The notes under the pieces were generated by a model. It worked only from the letters and a program-made list of their open reading frames with translations. It had not been told where the DNA came from and ran no database searches. From Thermoanaerobaculia bacterium (lineage in GTDB: Bacteria > Acidobacteriota > Thermoanaerobaculia > Multivoradales > JAHEKO01), in assembly GCA_963781065.1 (NCBI GenBank), contig CAWAET010000020.1, positions 37,537 to 101,536 of the forward strand: 64,000 nt of DNA. The letters are read 5' to 3'. Below are positions 49,746-61,005 of this stretch, in pieces; within the stretch, counting starts at the first letter, position 1, and each line of letters opens with the position of its first letter. The position numbers and the translations under genes are program-made.

Positions 49746-50774
49746 ATGAGCGAATCCGGAGACGGCGGCAACGCCATCTTGAACGTCGGAGTGGATCTGG
49801 GGACCTCCCGCAGCTCGGTCTCCGGCTCGAACGGCGAGCGGCACGTCATCCGCAGTTATGTCGGCTGGCCGCTCGACATGGTGGCGCGCAAGGTGCTCAA
49901 GCGTGACGTGCTGATCGGCGAAGAGGCGCTCGAGAACCGGATCATGCTGGACCTGCATCGGCCGCTCGAGCGCGGGCTGATCAAGGAGGGCTCGGAGAAG
50001 GACGCCGAGGCGGTGCGCGAGCTGCTGCGCCACCTGATCTCGCTCGCCAACCCCGACGGCGCCCGGGTGCGGGCGGTGGTGGGCGTGCCCGCCGAGGCGC
50101 TGCGGACCAACCGCCAGCAGCTCCGCGCCGCGATGAGCGGCCTGGTCGACCAGCTGATGATCATCTCCGAGCCCTTTGCCGTCGCCTACGGCCTCGAGGC
50201 GTTGCTGCACGCGCTGGTGATCGACATCGGCGCCGGCACCACCGACTTCTGCGTCATGAACGGCCGCTACCCGACCGAGGACGACCAGCGCACCCTGACC
50301 CAGGCGGGCGACTCGGTCGACGAGCAACTCGAGCTGCTGATCGCGGCGCGCTACCCCGAGGCCAACTTCTCGGGCCACATGATCCGCGAGTGGAAGGAGG
50401 AGCACAGCTTCGTCGGCAGCCCGAAGGGGCCGGTGGTGGTCGAGGCGCCGGTCAAGGGGGTGCCGACCGAGCTCGACATCACCGACGAGATGCGGCAGGC
50501 GTGCGAGAGCCTGCTGCCGCCAGTGACCGAGACCCTGCTCGACCTGGTCTCCCGCGTCCAGCCCGAGTACCAGGCGAAGGTGCGCCAGAACGTCATCCTG
50601 TCGGGCGGCAGCGGCCTGATCCGGGGGCTGGGGGCGGCGCTGCAGAAGGCCCTGGGGGAGATCGGCGGCGGGCAGGTGCGGGTGGTCAAGGACCCGATCT
50701 ACGTCGGCTCGGACGGCGGCCTGGCGCTGGCGACGGATGCGCCGGCCTCGGACTGGGAGAAGCTGTCGGCCTGA
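49746..50774 (+). CDS. MamK-like actin-family (MreB/ParM superfamily) filament protein
   Basis: Phosphate-1 GVDLGTSRS, VVGVPA, ISEPFAVAYG, phosphate-2 VIDIGAGTTDF and SGGSGLIRGL. As I recall MamK, collinear similarity runs along the whole length. The gene starts 1 nt after the amidase stop codon. Confidence 0.8.
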   Translation: MSESGDGGNAILNVGVDLGTSRSSVSGSNGERHVIRSYVGWPLDMVARKVLKRDVLIGEEALENRIMLDLHRPLERGLIKEGSEKDAEAVRELLRHLISLANPDGARVRAVVGVPAEALRTNRQQLRAAMSGLVDQLMIISEPFAVAYGLEALLHALVIDIGAGTTDFCVMNGRYPTEDDQRTLTQAGDSVDEQLELLIAARYPEANFSGHMIREWKEEHSFVGSPKGPVVVEAPVKGVPTELDITDEMRQACESLLPPVTETLLDLVSRVQPEYQAKVRQNVILSGGSGLIRGLGAALQKALGEIGGGQVRVVKDPIYVGSDGGLALATDAPASDWEKLSA

Positions 50775-50800
50775 CCGGAGGCCGGGCTTGCGACTGTTGG

Positions 50801-53481
<2,681 letters not shown>

Positions 53482-53594
53482 GTCGCCGCTACCGGTAGAC
53501 CGCGCGCCGCGGTAGGAGCCCGTTTGCGGGATTCCGAGCCGGGCGGGCACTACGTGAGGAGGTCGCACCCGCCCGCATCGGGCAGAATGGCCTC

Positions 53595-55421
53595 GTGGAC
53601 AACCCCGCGATCGCCACCGCCCTCGACCAGGTCGCCGATCTGCTCGAGATCCAGGGCGCCAACCCGTTCCGGGTGCGGGCCTACCGCAACGCCGCCCGGA
53701 CGGTGACGATGCACGCGGTGCCGATGCGCCAGCTGCTCGAGGAGGGCGCGGACCTCACCGAGCTGCCGGGGATCGGCAAGGAGATGGCCGGCCACATCGC
53801 CGAGCTGGTCACGACCGGCGACCTGTCGGTGCTCGACGCGCTCGACGGCGAGGTGCCGCGCAGCCTGGTCGAGATCGTCGCGCTCTCAGGCGTCGGACCC
53901 AAGAAGGCGGCCCGTTTCTGGCAGGAGCTCGGGGTCGAGACCGTCGAGCAGCTGGCGGAGGCGGCGAAGGCCGGCCGGGTGGCGGCGCTCGACGGCTTTG
54001 GCGAGGCGAGCCAGGCGAAGATCCTGCGCGCCATCGAGCGGCGGCGCCCGGCCGGGACCGGACGGCTGCCGCTGGCCCACGCCGAGCGGCGGATCGCGCC
54101 GCTGCTCGACCATCTGGCCGCGGCGAAGCAGGTCCAGCGCCTCGAGGTCGCCGGCAGCTACCGCCGCCGGCTGGAGACGGTGGGCGACATCGATCTGCTG
54201 GCGGTCGCCCGCCAGGCCGAGCCCGTGATGGAGCGGTTCACCACCTTTCCCGGCGCTCAGCGGGTGGTCATGGCGGGCCCGACGCGGGGCCGCATCGCCC
54301 TCGCGGGGGGTTCCCCCGGCGGGATCCTCGAGGTCGACCTCCGGATCGTGCCGCGCAAGAGCCATGGCGCGGCGATGGTCTACTTCACCGGCTCGAAGGA
54401 GCACAACATCAAGCTGCGCCAGCGGGCGATCGAGCGCGGCCTGCGGCTGTCGGAGTACGGGCTCTTCCGCGAAGACGAGGGCAAGCGCCGAAAGCGCGCC
54501 GGTCACGAGGGGGAGGCCGCGGACGGCGGGCCGGCGGAAGGACCGGTCGCTGACCGCGACCCCTGGGCCGGCGAGCTGGTGGCCGGCCGCGAGGAGAAGC
54601 AGGTCTACCGGGCGCTCGGCCTGCCCTGGATCCCGCCCGAGCTGCGCGAGGACCGGGGCGAGATCGCCGCCGCCGAGGCCGGCGAGCTGCCCGAGCTGAT
54701 CGAGGCCGGCGACGTCCGCGGCGACCTGCAGATGCACTCCGACTGGTCGGACGGCAAGAACACCATCGCCGAGATGGTGGTCGAGTGCGTCCGGCGCGGC
54801 TACGACTACCTGGCGTTGACCGACCACAGCCCGGCCCTGGCGATGACCGGCGGCCTCGACGCGCGCAAGATCCGCCGCCAGTGGCGGGAGATCGCGACGG
54901 TCCAGGAGCACGTCCCGCTGCGCATCCTGCGCGCCCAGGAGGTCGACATCCTGGCCGACGGCGCCCTCGACCAGACGGAGGAGATCCTCGAGGAGCTCGA
55001 TTTGGTGGTGGCGGCGATCCACTCGCGGCTGCAGCTGTCCTCATCAGAGCAGACCAGGCGGATCCTGCGGGCGCTCGAGCACCCGGCGGTCAACGTCCTG
55101 GCCCACCCCACCGCGCGGCTGATCGGCAAGCGGCGGCCGATCTCGTTCGACCTCGACGAGGTGCTCCACTGCGCGCGCGAGAACCGGGTGGCGATGGAGC
55201 TCAACTGCCTGCCGCACCGTCTCGACCTCAAGGACTCGCACCTGATCCGGGCTCGGGAGCTGGGGGTCAAGGTGGTGATCTCGACCGACGCGCACTCGGT
55301 CGAGGATCTGGAGATGATGCGGTTCGGGGTGGACCAGGCGCGGCGGGCCTGGCTGGGGGCGGGCGACGTGTTGAATACGCTGGCCGTGGAGGAGTTGCTG
55401 GCTTGGTTCGCTCGGAGCTAG
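53595..55421 (+). CDS. polX: family X DNA polymerase with a C-terminal PHP domain
   Basis: GTG start. N-terminal pattern IATALDQVADLLEIQGANPFRVRAYRNAAR. HhH region LPGIGKEMAGHI. Palm region GSYRRRLETVGDIDLL. PHP region DLQMHSDWSDG...LALTDHS...ISTDAH. Confidence 0.9.
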   Translation: MDNPAIATALDQVADLLEIQGANPFRVRAYRNAARTVTMHAVPMRQLLEEGADLTELPGIGKEMAGHIAELVTTGDLSVLDALDGEVPRSLVEIVALSGVGPKKAARFWQELGVETVEQLAEAAKAGRVAALDGFGEASQAKILRAIERRRPAGTGRLPLAHAERRIAPLLDHLAAAKQVQRLEVAGSYRRRLETVGDIDLLAVARQAEPVMERFTTFPGAQRVVMAGPTRGRIALAGGSPGGILEVDLRIVPRKSHGAAMVYFTGSKEHNIKLRQRAIERGLRLSEYGLFREDEGKRRKRAGHEGEAADGGPAEGPVADRDPWAGELVAGREEKQVYRALGLPWIPPELREDRGEIAAAEAGELPELIEAGDVRGDLQMHSDWSDGKNTIAEMVVECVRRGYDYLALTDHSPALAMTGGLDARKIRRQWREIATVQEHVPLRILRAQEVDILADGALDQTEEILEELDLVVAAIHSRLQLSSSEQTRRILRALEHPAVNVLAHPTARLIGKRRPISFDLDEVLHCARENRVAMELNCLPHRLDLKDSHLIRARELGVKVVISTDAHSVEDLEMMRFGVDQARRAWLGAGDVLNTLAVEELLAWFARS

Positions 55422-55675
55422 GAAGACGGCGCGCGTGGGGGCCGCTCCAAGCCGCTGGGCTGATCCCTACGTGGCGATGGCTCGGCTCTTCTTGGCTGGG
55501 GCTCGGGGTCACGGCCGCAGCCTCGGAGGCTGATCCGCTGTGCCCGCACGCGGCGGCGCCTGCGCTTTAGTCGCCACTCCGGGACATCCCAGCGGCTTTC
55601 CGCTCCGTCCGTGCCGGCCCTGAGTTGCCGCTGGTTCCAGCCTCTGCCAGGCCTAATAGAATCGCCCTGCAAGCC

Positions 55676-56374
55676 ATGCCCGCCCCGATCCCCCAGGAAG
55701 GCGTCATCAAGTTCCGCGCCGAGCACCAGAGCGGGCGGCTCGAGGAGCGGCGCTATGGCGAGCTGGTGTGCAAGCTCATCGCCTGGCGCGAGATCCTCGG
55801 GCTGACCGGGCTGGTGGGGCAGGACCCGGCCCGCTACGAGGGCTACGGCTTTGGCAACGTCTCGGCGCGGGTGGGGCCGCCCGGGGCGGCTCGCGGCCGC
55901 CGCTCCTTCCTCATCACCGGCACCCAGACCGCCGGCGACCGCTGTTTCGGCCTCGACCGGTTCGCCCTGATCGAGCGCTACGACTACCACCGGAACCGGG
56001 TCGTGAGCCGCGGCGCGGTCGAGCCCTCGTCCGAGACCATGACCCACGCGGCGCTCTACGACACCAGCCCGGCGATCCGCTGCGTGCTGCACGCCCACAG
56101 CCCGGTGGTCTGGCGCCGGGCGCGCGAGCTGCGGATCCCCACCACCGACGCCAACATCCCCTACGGCACGCCCGAGATGGCGGTCGCCGTGCAGCGGCTG
56201 TGCGACGCGACCGCGCTGCCCGAGATCCGCATCCTCGCCATGGGCGGGCACGAGGACGGCATCGTGGTCTTCGGCCGCACCCCGGAAGAGGCCGGCGAGG
56301 TGCTGCTCAAGTGGCTGGCGCGGGCCTACGAGGCCCAGTGCGCCGCCGACGGGCTCGGTCTCTGCCGGTCCTAG
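55676..56374 (+). CDS. class II aldolase/adducin N-terminal domain protein
   Basis: Internal ATG at 55676. Pattern GFGNVSARV...FLITGTQT...SSETMTHAALY...VLHAHSP. Confidence 0.75.
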   Translation: MPAPIPQEGVIKFRAEHQSGRLEERRYGELVCKLIAWREILGLTGLVGQDPARYEGYGFGNVSARVGPPGAARGRRSFLITGTQTAGDRCFGLDRFALIERYDYHRNRVVSRGAVEPSSETMTHAALYDTSPAIRCVLHAHSPVVWRRARELRIPTTDANIPYGTPEMAVAVQRLCDATALPEIRILAMGGHEDGIVVFGRTPEEAGEVLLKWLARAYEAQCAADGLGLCRS

Positions 56375-56554
56375 CCCGACCTTCTCACCAGCTCTCGACT
56401 GCGCCGACGTAGTAGCAAGAATCTGCGAGACTTCCCTCGGTCGGTCATCCTCGACGTACTTCAAGTACGCCTGTGGTGCCCTCGGTCGGTAAGTCCCACA
56501 TCTTCAGGCACCTACGCCGGCTCGCTGCGAGAGCCGGTGAGAAGGTCGGGCTAG
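56371..56554. repeat. 184-bp long imperfect palindrome between convergent genes
   Basis: The 27-nt arms at 56371-56397 and 56528-56554 are reverse complements (26/27 match). The centre is the palindrome cgtactt-c-aagtacg at 56455-56469. The direct repeat ccctcggtcggt occurs twice inside. The stop codons of both flanking genes (TAG 56372-56374, CTA 56551-56553) lie in the arm tips. Confidence 0.7.
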
Positions 56555-56868
56555 TCCTGGGCCGTCTGGAAGAGCACTTTCAGCGCCACCACGACCACCG
56601 CGGCGCCGATGAAGGCGACGACGTTGTTCAGGATGGCCGAGAGGTAGCCGCCCACGTAGGGCAGCAGGCTCCAGGCTGTCGCCGCAACGATGAGGCCGAT
56701 GGCCGCCAGCAGGAACTTCTGTGACTCCCGATCGGTGATGTTGAGGAATCCGACGACCAGTCCCAGAAGAACCAGCAGCCAGGAGAACCACGTCTGGCCA
56801 AAGCCGATCCCTCCGACGATGGCGACGACGAGGCCCACCGTGAAAGCCCATTTGCCGAGTTGCGCCAT
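56551..56868 (-). CDS. small integral membrane protein (about 4 TM), unknown family
   Basis: 105 aa with an ATG start. Strongly hydrophobic (WAFTVGLVVAIVGGIGF..., WLLVLLGLVVGFL..., LLAAIGLIVAATAW..., VVAFIGAAVVVVAL). Confidence 0.55.
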   Translation of the reverse strand: MAQLGKWAFTVGLVVAIVGGIGFGQTWFSWLLVLLGLVVGFLNITDRESQKFLLAAIGLIVAATAWSLLPYVGGYLSAILNNVVAFIGAAVVVVALKVLFQTAQD

Positions 56869-56974
56869 TTGATCTCCCCTCAGAAAGCCTCGTTCAGGCG
56901 ATGTGTGCTCCGATACCTGGAGCGTAGCAGCCGATAGCGGTCGAGCTACGTCGCGACCGTCGGTGCCCGATCCA

Positions 56975-59900
56975 TCAGTTGGTCGACTCGGGCGCCACTT
57001 CCCGCGTCAGCCACTCCTCCCGGTAGCGCCGGTGAAAGGGCGTGTCCGGGTAGCTTTCGCCCTCGGCGAAGGGGTAGCCGGACATCGCCGCGAAGGGCAG
57101 CGGCTCGAGCCGGTGGCCCTCCCAGGTGTTGCGGTCGGCGTCCTTGTCCCAGCCGAAGCTCTCGAGAAAGACGGCGCGGCGCCAGCCGGCGGGCGGCGGC
57201 GGCAGCGCCGAGGCGTCGAACTCGAGCTCGAGCTCGTCGCCGGGCGCCAGGATCACCAGCCGGTCGTCCTGCTCGCCAAGCAGCTCCAGGGTGTCGCCGT
57301 AGCGGGTGTAGTTGCCGGGCAGGGGCAGCCAGGGCGACTCGCTGCGCACCACCGCGTAGTCGTAGTCGTGCGGCGCGTTGGGCGCCTTGCGCGCCAGCGC
57401 CGAGAAGCCGCGGAAGCCGAGCTCGGCCAGCCGCGGCTCGAGCCGGGCGACGATCCGCGGCTCGTCGTCGGCCGGCCGCAGGGTCCAGGCGATCCGGTCC
57501 CAGGAGAGCCACTGGTTGGAGACGATCCGCAGCCGGCTGGCTCCGGCGGGCAGCGGCGGCGTGTCCACCACCATCGTCTTGGTCTTGCCGGCGGGGAAGC
57601 CCATCGGATCCATCAGGATCCGCCAGCCCGCGGCGGTTTCGACCTCGAGCCGCGCCGCCACCGGCGGCAGGTCGGGCCGCTGGGCGATTGCCAGGTTGAG
57701 GCTGGCGTCGCTGGGGAAGATCCAGCCGTCGAGGTGCAGCCGGATCGGCCCACCCGGCGCGGCGCCCAGATCGAAGCTGAACTGCCAGGGCTCGGCGGCG
57801 ACGCCCTGATAGCGGCTCTTGCGCCAGCCGTCGGCGTAGACGTCGTCGCGCCGCGCCAGGCGCGCGGTGACGTCGTGCCCTGCCGCGTCGCGGGCGGCGA
57901 CGACCGGCCGCAGCTCACGGCTGGCCATCACCCGCTTGGGCACCACCTGCCCGGGAACGATCTTGAGGCTGCTCGCCACCTCGACCTCTTGCGGGTGGTC
58001 GACCACCCACAGCCGGGCGAGGTCGAAGAACGCCGCCTCCCACAGCTCCTCGGTCACCCGCAGCTTGTAGATCCCGTCCGCCGGCGCCGCCCCTTCGACC
58101 AGCACGATCTCGTGCGGGTCGGACGGCGCCCAGACCCCCGGCGCGAACGGCAGCCCGGCCGGCGCGCCCCACAGCAGATCGGTGACAAAGCGGAAGCGCT
58201 CGCCGTCCCAGGCGTAGAGGAACGGGCAGCTGCCTTTGAGCAGCTGCTCCTCGACGATCCACTGGTCCGCCTCGGGCGCCAGCCGGTTCTGCGGCACGCC
58301 GTTGGTCCAGACCACCCGCAGCAGATCGGCGCGCGGCAGCTTGCCGAGGCCGAAGTGGAGCACGTCGCCGTACGCCTCGCGGAACTGGTACGCCTCACCG
58401 GCCCGCACCTCGACCGTCGAGCCGAAGCCGAGCGCGTTGTTCTTGGAGTTGCCCTTGTCCAGCCCGCGTAGCCGCACCGACAGCCAGTGGTTCTCGTTGC
58501 CGCCCTGGTTGTGGAACAGCTGCAGGCCGTCGTCGCCGGTCGCCAGCAGGTCGAGGTCGCCGTCGGCGTCGAGATCGGCGGCGGCCAGCGCGGTGGCGCG
58601 CGGCGATCCGCTTTCGATCGTCACCGAGTCGAAGCCGCCGATGGCCCGCTGCCGCAGGATGGTCAGGCCCTCGGCCCAGCCCAGCGCCAAGTCCAGGCGG
58701 CCGTCGTTGTCGGCGTCGAAGGCGAGGACCGCGTCGAGCTGTGCCGAACCGAGCTTTTCGGTGCCGCGCCAGGCCGCGAACCGGCCGTTGCCGCGGTTGC
58801 CCCAGATGGTCAGGCCGGCGCCGGCGGCGACGATCTCGGGCAGGCCGTCGTTGTCCAGGTCGGCCGCCACGACCGCGTTGGCGCGGCCCGCTTCGAAGCC
58901 GCCCTGGCGCAGCGCGAACCGGCCTTGGCGCAAGTTGTCGAGCCAGGCCAGCCCGTCGGCGTGCGCCACCAGCAGGTCGAGGTCGCCGTCGCGGTCGAGG
59001 TCGCTCGAGACCAGGTCGTGGACCGCGGTCCACTCCACCGTCGGCAGGCTCCGCTCTCCTACCGGCTCGAGAGGGCCGGAGAGCGAGTTGCGGTAGAGCT
59101 CGGCGCCGCCGGCGGGCTTGCCGCCACGCCGGCCGCCGGCGACGGCCAGATCGAGGTCGCCCTCGATGTCGTAATCCAGCACCGCCACGCCGCCGGCGCC
59201 CGTCTCCTGGCGCGCGATGCCGAAATCGGCGCTGGCCGCTTCGAAGCCGCCATCACCCAGGCCGCGGAAGATCTCCAGCCGGTCGGCGCTCCAGCCCACC
59301 AGGTCGAGCCGGCCGTCGTTGTCCAGGTCGGCCGCCAGCAGCCGTTCGAGGCCCGGGGCCGGCAGGACCCGCTCCGCCGCGTCCGTCTCCGTGTCGCTCA
59401 GATGCGTGCGCAGCGAGGCCGCGGCGCCCCGCGTCAGCCAGGCGTAGTCGGTCTTGCCGTCGCCGTTGAAGTCGCCCACCGCGACCCCGGGGTGCGCCGG
59501 CCCCTCGGAGAGGCGCTCGCCGGCGAAGCTCAGCGCCAGCGGCCCGCCAAACGCGGCCAGGCCGCCCTCGTCGCGAAAGCGAAACAGCGGGTCGCCCTGG
59601 ATGCCCACGTCGAGCTCCATCTGGCTGCCGCGGAACATCGGCGTCACCTTGAGCACGTTCTCGAGCCGCAGCGCCGGCACCCGGGCGGCGGCGACGTCGC
59701 CCGCCTCGAGGGCGGCGACGATCTGGCCGAGCAGGTCCTGGGCCGCCTCGGGGGCCTGCCAGATCAGCTCCCGGACGCGCAGGAAGGCGGCGCTGGCCGC
59801 GGCGCGGTCGCCGCCGGCGATCGCCCGCTGGCCCAGCCCCAGCATCACCACCACGTTGTCGGGCCGCAGCCGGGCCAGCCGCCCGAGGGCGGCGGCGAGG

Positions 59901-60337
59901 TCCTCCTCGGACTGCAGGATGCCCGCTTGCCGGAAGAGGGCGTACTGCAGCCGCGGGTTGTCGGGGGCGGCGTTGGCGGTCCGGCGCATCAGCTCGAGCG
60001 CCTCCTCCGGCCGCCCGGACCACTGCGCCACCTCGGCCTGGATCGCCAACAGCTCCGGCCGACCCGGCGCCAGCTCGAGCGCCCGGTCGATCGCCGCCTG
60101 GGCGGGCTCGAACTTCTGCTGCCGGAGCAGCGCGATCGCCAGGTTGGCGTGCGGCATCGGGTCGCCGGGGACCAGCTCGACGAGCTCGGTGAAGGTCGCT
60201 TCGGCGGGCGCCGGCTGCTCGTTCTCGAGCTCGGCATAGCCGCGATTGCGCAGCTCGACCGCCTTTTCGGGCGGGCCGGCGGCCCAGGCACAGGAGGTGG
60301 CCGCGAGGCCGACGAGGATCGCGAGGTGTTGTCTCAT
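56975..60337 (-). CDS. secreted TPR + FG-GAP/VCBS-repeat + ASPIC/UnbV (CRTAC1-family) protein
   Basis: Internal ATG at 60337 with a signal peptide (MRQHLAILVGLAATSCAWA). N-terminal TPR helices. Repeated DxDxDGxxD FG-GAP motifs (DFNGDGKTD, DLDNDGRLD, DLDRDGDLD, DADNDGRLD, DLDADGDLD). UnbV-like pattern NHWLSVRLRG...GFGSTVEV. Confidence 0.8.
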   Translation of the reverse strand: MRQHLAILVGLAATSCAWAAGPPEKAVELRNRGYAELENEQPAPAEATFTELVELVPGDPMPHANLAIALLRQQKFEPAQAAIDRALELAPGRPELLAIQAEVAQWSGRPEEALELMRRTANAAPDNPRLQYALFRQAGILQSEEDLAAALGRLARLRPDNVVVMLGLGQRAIAGGDRAAASAAFLRVRELIWQAPEAAQDLLGQIVAALEAGDVAAARVPALRLENVLKVTPMFRGSQMELDVGIQGDPLFRFRDEGGLAAFGGPLALSFAGERLSEGPAHPGVAVGDFNGDGKTDYAWLTRGAAASLRTHLSDTETDAAERVLPAPGLERLLAADLDNDGRLDLVGWSADRLEIFRGLGDGGFEAASADFGIARQETGAGGVAVLDYDIEGDLDLAVAGGRRGGKPAGGAELYRNSLSGPLEPVGERSLPTVEWTAVHDLVSSDLDRDGDLDLLVAHADGLAWLDNLRQGRFALRQGGFEAGRANAVVAADLDNDGLPEIVAAGAGLTIWGNRGNGRFAAWRGTEKLGSAQLDAVLAFDADNDGRLDLALGWAEGLTILRQRAIGGFDSVTIESGSPRATALAAADLDADGDLDLLATGDDGLQLFHNQGGNENHWLSVRLRGLDKGNSKNNALGFGSTVEVRAGEAYQFREAYGDVLHFGLGKLPRADLLRVVWTNGVPQNRLAPEADQWIVEEQLLKGSCPFLYAWDGERFRFVTDLLWGAPAGLPFAPGVWAPSDPHEIVLVEGAAPADGIYKLRVTEELWEAAFFDLARLWVVDHPQEVEVASSLKIVPGQVVPKRVMASRELRPVVAARDAAGHDVTARLARRDDVYADGWRKSRYQGVAAEPWQFSFDLGAAPGGPIRLHLDGWIFPSDASLNLAIAQRPDLPPVAARLEVETAAGWRILMDPMGFPAGKTKTMVVDTPPLPAGASRLRIVSNQWLSWDRIAWTLRPADDEPRIVARLEPRLAELGFRGFSALARKAPNAPHDYDYAVVRSESPWLPLPGNYTRYGDTLELLGEQDDRLVILAPGDELELEFDASALPPPPAGWRRAVFLESFGWDKDADRNTWEGHRLEPLPFAAMSGYPFAEGESYPDTPFHRRYREEWLTREVAPESTN

Positions 60338-60415
60338 GGGCGTAAGTCTAGCGGTCAATGGGGACGGCTGGAAACCGGCGCCGCGGCCGGTGCCGCGTGC
60401 TACGCTGACGCCCGC

Positions 60416-60925
60416 ATGGACCCCCCGGAGCAGCACCGGGCCTACGGCCCCGACCGGCTCGGGTTCGCCGCCCTGACGGTCAGCGACAGCCGCACCGAGG
60501 CCGACGACGGCAGCGGCGACACGATCGAGCGGCTGGCCGTCGCCGCCGGCCACCGGCTGGTCGAGCGGCGCATCGTGCCCGACGACATCGTCGAGATCCG
60601 CGCCGCCGCCGGTGAGCTGCTGCGGCGCGACGACGTCGACGTGCTGGTGCTCTCGGGCGGCACCGGCTTCTCGCCCCGCGACCTGACCCTCGAGGCCGCC
60701 TCGCCGCTGCTCGAGCGGCGGATCGACGGCTTTGGCGAGCTGTTCCGCATGCTCTCCTTCGCCGAGATCGGCGCCGCCGCCATGCTCAGCCGCGCCACCG
60801 CCGGCACGATCGGCCGCCGCGCCGTTTTCGTCCTGCCGGGCTCGCCCGGGGCGGTGGCGCTGGCGATGGAACGGCTGATCCTGCCCGAGGCGGGCCACCT
60901 GCTGGGCCAGGCGCGGCGCGGCTGA
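60416..60925 (+). CDS. moaB: molybdenum cofactor biosynthesis protein B (MoaB/MogA family)
   Basis: Internal ATG at 60416. Pattern LTVSDSRT...DVLVLSGGTGFSPRD...PGSPGAV. Confidence 0.8.
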   Translation: MDPPEQHRAYGPDRLGFAALTVSDSRTEADDGSGDTIERLAVAAGHRLVERRIVPDDIVEIRAAAGELLRRDDVDVLVLSGGTGFSPRDLTLEAASPLLERRIDGFGELFRMLSFAEIGAAAMLSRATAGTIGRRAVFVLPGSPGAVALAMERLILPEAGHLLGQARRG

Positions 60926-61005
60926 GCGAACCGCGCCGGATCGCGGCGGCCGAGCGCCGCCGCGCGGGGCCGGAGACCCGGCCGGCGCGCGGGTAAGATC
61001 GCGCC

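Noticed and set aside
55418-56464. A 348-aa minus-strand ORF and the 56473..56724 (+) ORF, both spanning the palindromic element.
   Set aside because: The first is antisense to the well-supported aldolase gene and the second is antisense to the small membrane-protein gene. Neither contains recognisable motifs.
60338-60415. A Moco riboswitch upstream of moaB.
   Set aside because: The leader is only 78 nt, too short for that riboswitch, and I could not find its conserved elements.
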